Assembly (NCBI GenBank): GCA_963693365.1
Contig: CAVNZM010000007.1
Span: 4,027,962-4,091,961, forward strand
Origin: Amoebidium appalachense
Taxonomy: Eukaryota > Protista > Ichthyosporea
DNA: 64,000 bases
Direction of reading: 5' to 3'
Part shown: positions 39,265 through 64,000 of the stretch, piece after piece
Numbering within the stretch: the first letter of the stretch is position 1
How the letters are laid out: the number at the start of each line of letters is the position of its first letter
Program-made: the position numbers and the translations under genes
Notes under the pieces: generated by a model
The model's database searches: none
What the model was told of the DNA's origin: nothing
What the model saw: the letters and a program-made list of their open reading frames with translations, nothing else

Positions 39265-40220
39265 GGGTGGGGTGGGGTGTGTATGTGATGTGGGTGGTGG
39301 TGGAGTGTGTGTGTGTGGTGTGTGGGTGGGTGGTGTGTGTGTGTTTAGTGTATGTGTGGGTGTGTGTGTGGGTGTAGGTGTGTCTGCAACCGTCGTATGT
39401 TGTTGTGGTGGTGTGTTTCTATGTGTCTGTGCCTTCCCCCCCCTTCCCCCTTTACTCGTGTGTGTCCCCCCCCCCTCCCGGAAACAATGGCACAGAAACC
39501 CCCTCCGGTGTGGTTAGAACAAACACCGGGTTGGGACAAGAAACACTGAGACCATCCACTTGTGGCTGGGGAAGTAGCTTGTCGTATCCTAATATATGTG
39601 TACTAGAGACGCGGCACTCTACTAAGTGTACACACACGAAAAGGAACGAACGTGTATAGAAAAACGGTAAAGTTTATTAAGACCAGGCTCCGACGGGCAA
39701 ACTTAGATCCGTACGGATTAAGTCTAAGTTACGACTGAGGCCATCAAGGCCGTGCCCTACAAGATCATCATCACCTGGCCCCCTACGATGCCACATTCCA
39801 TTAACATTCCGATCTACTTTTATCGTGCGCCTGCACGAGCTAAGTCGATCTACTCAACTAATATATTTATCCAAGTCTCACCCCTCACCCTCCCCCTAGT
39901 GGCACCGCAGAGTCTAAATCTACATTTCATACTATCCTCTCCCCCCCTCCCTCCCCCCCTTTCCTCTACATCTACATATATAAATACGTTTGGCAACATA
40001 TACTATCAAACCTTGCCAATCCTTACAAAAGGGCTTCTGCCCGAACAATCACATTCCTAAGTCCTCCTACGATCTATCCTACACACTAATTAGAATTCTA
40101 TTGGACGGCTGTCCCGGCTGACGTGGTCCAATGCCCTGCGCCGGCAGAGGCAAGATGCACGCAGCTGTTCAGCTATCTTGAGGCCCCGGACTTGATCTTG
40201 ATGATCTGTGGACCCGGGCC

Positions 40221-40259
<39 letters not shown>

Positions 40260-41159
40260 ATCTCGATCGTAGACTTAGGCTAATCTGCTGAGACGGATTA
40301 GTATATGTCACCTACTATCCCGGGTGAGCTCAACGACCGAGCAGATTGGCTGTCGCGGGTGGATCCCCGGCATGAATGGCAAGTCACGCCGGAGGCAGTC
40401 GAGCGGGTGGAGTGGCTGCTGGGCATGCAGCCCGAAGTCGATCGGTTTGCCACCCACACCTCGGCAGTGAAGGCCGAGTTTAATGTGTGGGCCCAGGCAG
40501 GGGCCCCCGGTGGGATGGCAGACGGGTTGGCGGTGCCGTGGATAGCACCAAGCTGGTGGGCGCCTCCGTTCCCGCTGATCAAGCGAACGGTGGCCAAGCT
40601 GCAACGGGAAGGTGCAGCGGGCATCCTCGTCGTTCCAGTGTGGGATTCGGCGTCGTGGTGGCCCGTCATTCAGGGGTTGGCTTCGGCAAGTGTGCCTCTG
40701 CGCCCCTCTGAGGCCTAGGTGATTTTCCCGCGCGGGGTGCGGCCGTGGCGTATGCAAGCATTTCGTCTGGACGGCACCCCCGGTTCCTGGGCAGGCGGAG
40801 GGGCCCCAGCCAGCCAGAGTAATTGTATAATAGTGTATGTTAGCCGGCTGTGTCTTAGTGGACGTAGATAGCAGTTTGGTGTCTAAAATGATATATTTGG
40901 TAAATACTCATTTTATCCACCAATTGGAAGAAGATGGTGTGATGATCGGCATCACACATCTCTTCCTGTAGAAGCGACTATGAAAGTGGTGTTTTTCGCT
41001 TCTCTCAAACAGTCTTTTCCTCGTCGCTTCTCTTAGGACCCACCCACCGGCCGCCCGCATTCTGTTTCCTCACCGTTTGCCTTCTGTTCTCAGCTTTATG
41101 GATCAGGGCTGTAAGTGCTAGGTTGAGGGTAGTAGTGCTTGTTTTTTTTTTTTTTTTTT

Positions 41160-41213
<54 letters not shown>

Positions 41214-42561
41214 TGATTTCTGTTTTAAGGCCCGAGGGCCTTATCTGTATTGAACTCGTGTGTATGGCCCCAGGGCCGGGAGTCAGTACATGTGATTTAT
41301 TTGCGGCCCAGTGGGGGCCTGCGGGGACGGCAGCCGGGTGCTGCCTCTCATCATCAGACCGGCCATAAAGCAATCGAAAAGCAGTTCGGTGTCTTAAATG
41401 AGTATTTACCAAATAAATCATTTGCTTTCCGAACGGCGTGGCTTTCGCAAGGGTGATTGTTATCTTCGCGCCATCAGCTATCCCAGGTTGGTAACCAATC
41501 AAAATAGATTCTTATCACAGCGAATCACCGCCAGGTTTCTCTGAGGCTCGTTTCAAAGCCCTAGATGGTCTCAAGGAGCGTACAGTATACATAGAAACCC
41601 CTTTTCTTTTCAACAAGATGGTTATCATCGATTTGATTTTCATTGTTTTGGGCGTAGAGCTTGTTAGCACTGAGTTGGAATCCATAAGCATACGCCATAT
41701 CATTAGTGAGGATCACCATGAGTCAACAAGGTCTAATTGTAATGATAAATGTAATCCATGATATTTCGCCAATGAATAAAAAATGGAGGACGAGGCTTTT
41801 TTTTTTTGAATTTCAACGGCAAGAACAGCTATAGATCGGCTGAGAAGGATTAAAAGTATGTAAACAAAAAAAGGGCTAACCATTTTTTTTCTGTCTGTGG
41901 TTCTTTGTATAGGGGAGAAGTTTCCACCATTAAACAGGTTCTTTGTCCCTGCTGAATAATTTAGGTGATGCTCTATCTGCCAATCATTACGGACCTCGCA
42001 TTGGGACGTGCTCGTTAGCTCGCAACGCACCCGCCCCGGTCTTGACTTTCGTGTGTGTGTATACATGTGCTTGATCTCAGGTTTCTGACCTACTATCTTC
42101 ATTTGATATTATTCTTTTTCTCTATTTAACGTGCATCATTATGCTTGTTCGTTCTGTTAGACATCTTTTGCTTTGTATTCCGGTTAAAATATTAGTGTCC
42201 CCAACCAAGTTTGGTGTGGTCGACCGTCACAGTGTTGTGTCGTGAGCAGACAGAGTCAGCAGGATCAATCGAAAGGGAAAAACACGAAACACAAAACACA
42301 ATACCAGTCCGGCAGAGAATGAGGAGGGTTCCGTTACCTCGAAGAATCATTTAGAAAACAGGAGGTGGAAGAACATCGATATCTGCCATGTGCAGTTAAA
42401 TTTCTCCCAAGGTAAGCTTAAATTAATACCGATCCATTTGTTTTCCCAAAGGGTGTATTATTACAGTATAATAAGTGACGAATGATTGACTGCGCCGGAA
42501 ACGGCGATAATAGGTGACAAATGTGTCGTCGGCCCCGCAACCTGTATGAAAAAGGGAAAAA

Positions 42562-42598
<37 letters not shown>

Positions 42599-42789
42599 AT
42601 AGTAACATGAAACGGGAATATGAAGGATATGCATCTGAACTTCAACAGCTTACTGTACTTTACTGTGCATGTAGTGCTGCCTGTGATGCCATAAACTTCA
42701 TTTATACCATAGTAGTTGTCTGCCCACGATGTCATTGGTTTTCTTAGCTATATACATTTCTAACCAACGTGTGTTTTTCCTACTACAGA

Positions 42790-59557
<16,768 letters not shown>

Positions 59558-60576
59558 TGATGGCTGCATCGACAGCGGCTAACATGCACGAGTGCAGAAC
59601 ACCAACAACCTTTTAGTGGACCTAGATCTGCATATGCGGTGATTCCTGGCCAAGATTTAATGTTTGCACATTATATGCTTCTTGTTTTAAGAGTGGATAC
59701 CCATCGGCTGCTTAAATGTGCACCTTTGTTCGTGTCTCAAAAGTAGTGCATATCGTTGGTCGACGCTCAAACCCCTCTCCTCTTTAGTTTGCGAGTGTGA
59801 GCGCGTGTGCGCATGTGGATATGGTACCTAGGACGGAATAATTGGGGATACAAGCTGAGAGTTTTTTTTGGAGATTTTTCTTTTTTCTTTTTTCTTAGTT
59901 TAAATATTGAAAAAACCCCATAAAAATATTTTTGTGTTTTTGTGTAGCCCCGTTTAGGCCAAACGGCATGTTTGGTTGGAATAGTCGTTTTAATGGATAG
60001 GTTAAACCTAGAAGGGGTTAATTCGGCCATGCATCTTAACTTAGTAAGGTTACCGTGGCCCACACCTCAAGCTCAAGCACAAGTATTTGATGAAATCGCA
60101 ATAAATAGCACACAACGTGGCGCCCGTCACTGGCAAGTGCGTAATTACGTGCATGACATACACCGGTGACACAACAATGAAGTAAACACCACTCGATTTT
60201 ACGTTACAATGCCCTACATGCATGGTACCAAAAAAACAATCAACCAACCACTCTCTGCCCAGTAAACACAGTTCCCCGTCAGTAAAAAATAATTATATTT
60301 GACGACATCATTCAGATTGGTCCGTGGGTCTGCATATGCATATGCACATAAATCGCCCGGAGCACATACCGGCCCCGGCAGGCTCCACATTGCAAGCTTT
60401 ATTCGATCCTGCACTAAGGCCACATCCGCAACAACCATCCAGCCATGTACACATATGTACCGTATCATGGTTGTATGCGGCCGGCAGTCTTCTGCTTTTG
60501 CACCGAATATTTTGGCACCGAACTCCGCATCTAGAACTCTACACCACCCATAGAAGCCCACACGCATTTACTGTGC

Positions 60577-60625
<49 letters not shown>

Positions 60626-61006
60626 CCCTCCCTCCCTCCCTCCCTCCCTCCGTCCCCCCGGGGGAATAATTTTTTGTTTTCACTGCATTTATTCAACCGA
60701 CAGAGGAGACGTATGCACGGCATACTTTTTATAGGTGGAAATCGGAATGCTCTCTGGCACAGTGAAGCATCACACAATACAGAGTACACATATGCTATTA
60801 TTTTATCTATGGACATCACATTGCTATTGAGCTCGCGATAAAGCTAGAAAAAACCATAGAGATAGGGACAGAGGTCTAGGAGAGGAGGGTGCATGCATGC
60901 CCGTGTGTGCATGCGAGAGTGCAAGTATAGTGTCAAGAGGTGTCGATGTGTGTATGTGTCGTGTGTGTGTGCGTGTGTGTGCGTGCGTGCGTGCGTGCGT
61001 GTGTGC

Positions 61007-61053
<47 letters not shown>

Positions 61054-61349
61054 GTGTGTTTGTGCGTCCATACCGCATATCACATCCACACAGAGAATAT
61101 TCCCTTTCATGCGCATACTGGCAACCAATAGCCGTTGCATCCATGTCGGCAGGCAAATTGACGGTTGCCTCGAAAAGACGGGGAAACCCCCTGCATATTT
61201 ACATTCAAAAAACTTCGTACGGAGTGGCACGACGAGTGAATAGAACAACGCAACCAATTAAGGAATATGGCGGGTAAGCTGTTGGTGCTAGTGTGCGCAG
61301 GCAGAAGGGGCTCGTGGGATTCAGTGAAACGGGAAAGAAAAACGAAGCG

Positions 61350-61400
<51 letters not shown>

Positions 61401-61502
61401 CACACACACACACAAAAAAAAAAAAAAAAACCCACCCCGTTCCTTCCCTTCCTCTAAGCACTCCTTTCCTTAACACCTCCTCTTCAACAAGGAGGGAGGG
61501 GC

Positions 61503-61562
<60 letters not shown>

Positions 61563-61594
61563 AGGGGGGGGGGGGGAAGGAGTAAAAAAATGAA

Positions 61595-64000
<2,406 letters not shown>

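Larger units (their letters stand above)
34761..40310 (-). mobile_element. Ty3/Gypsy LTR retrotransposon, internally deleted
   Basis: Near-identical TG...CA LTRs at 34761-35477 and 39580-40310. 5-bp TSD CCTAC (34756-60, 40311-15). [14 protein letters not shown] next to the left (3') LTR. Confidence 0.95.
34586..41253 (+). mobile_element. Inverted duplicate of the DIRS RH/MT/terminal region (34586-34760 + 40316-41253), split by the Gypsy insertion
   Basis: Reverse complement of ~33795-32729. ORF 40305-40718 (+) is almost identical to the C-terminal half of ORF 33106-34098 (-). Confidence 0.88.

Noticed and set aside
39568-39579. GGGGAAGTAGCT resembling a tRNA-Ala 5' end
   Set aside because: Only 12 nt with no cloverleaf. 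No tRNA or rRNA genes were recognised in the window.

Overview
Eukaryotic, intron-rich DNA whose introns are filled with (C)n/(G)n and (CA)n/(TG)n tracts. Nearly all of the supplied ORFs are low-complexity artefacts. The many acidic Tyr-docking motifs suggest a unicellular holozoan-like host (inference only). Four spliced host genes can be reconstructed by eye: (1) the 3' part of a large Pro-rich phosphotyrosine scaffold with tandemly duplicated exons (+, to 11277); (2) a RecQ-family helicase with RQC and HRDC domains (-, ~12.4-29.9 kb); (3) a kinase-less type I receptor, SP-[B-lectin-PAN]x2-mucin-left-handed beta-helix-TM-SAM-(YxN)x4 (+, 42790-59557), with a LINE inserted in its stalk exon; (4) the 3' end of an FBXL/AMN1-like LRR gene (-, 61595 to the window end). 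Mobile DNA includes a fold-back DIRS remnant interrupted by a Gypsy element that itself carries a solo LTR, Penelope-like RT fragments, two MITEs, and a ~450-bp non-coding element that ends at poly-C and occurs as 1.2-mer and 2.2-mer arrays. The top finding is in this element family. Three divergent subfamilies keep all hammerhead-ribozyme core segments, with compensatory changes in stem III, but in a strand order that matches none of types I, II or III. This points to a pseudoknotted or tandem-dependent hammerhead in a Penelope-mobilised, retrozyme-like element.
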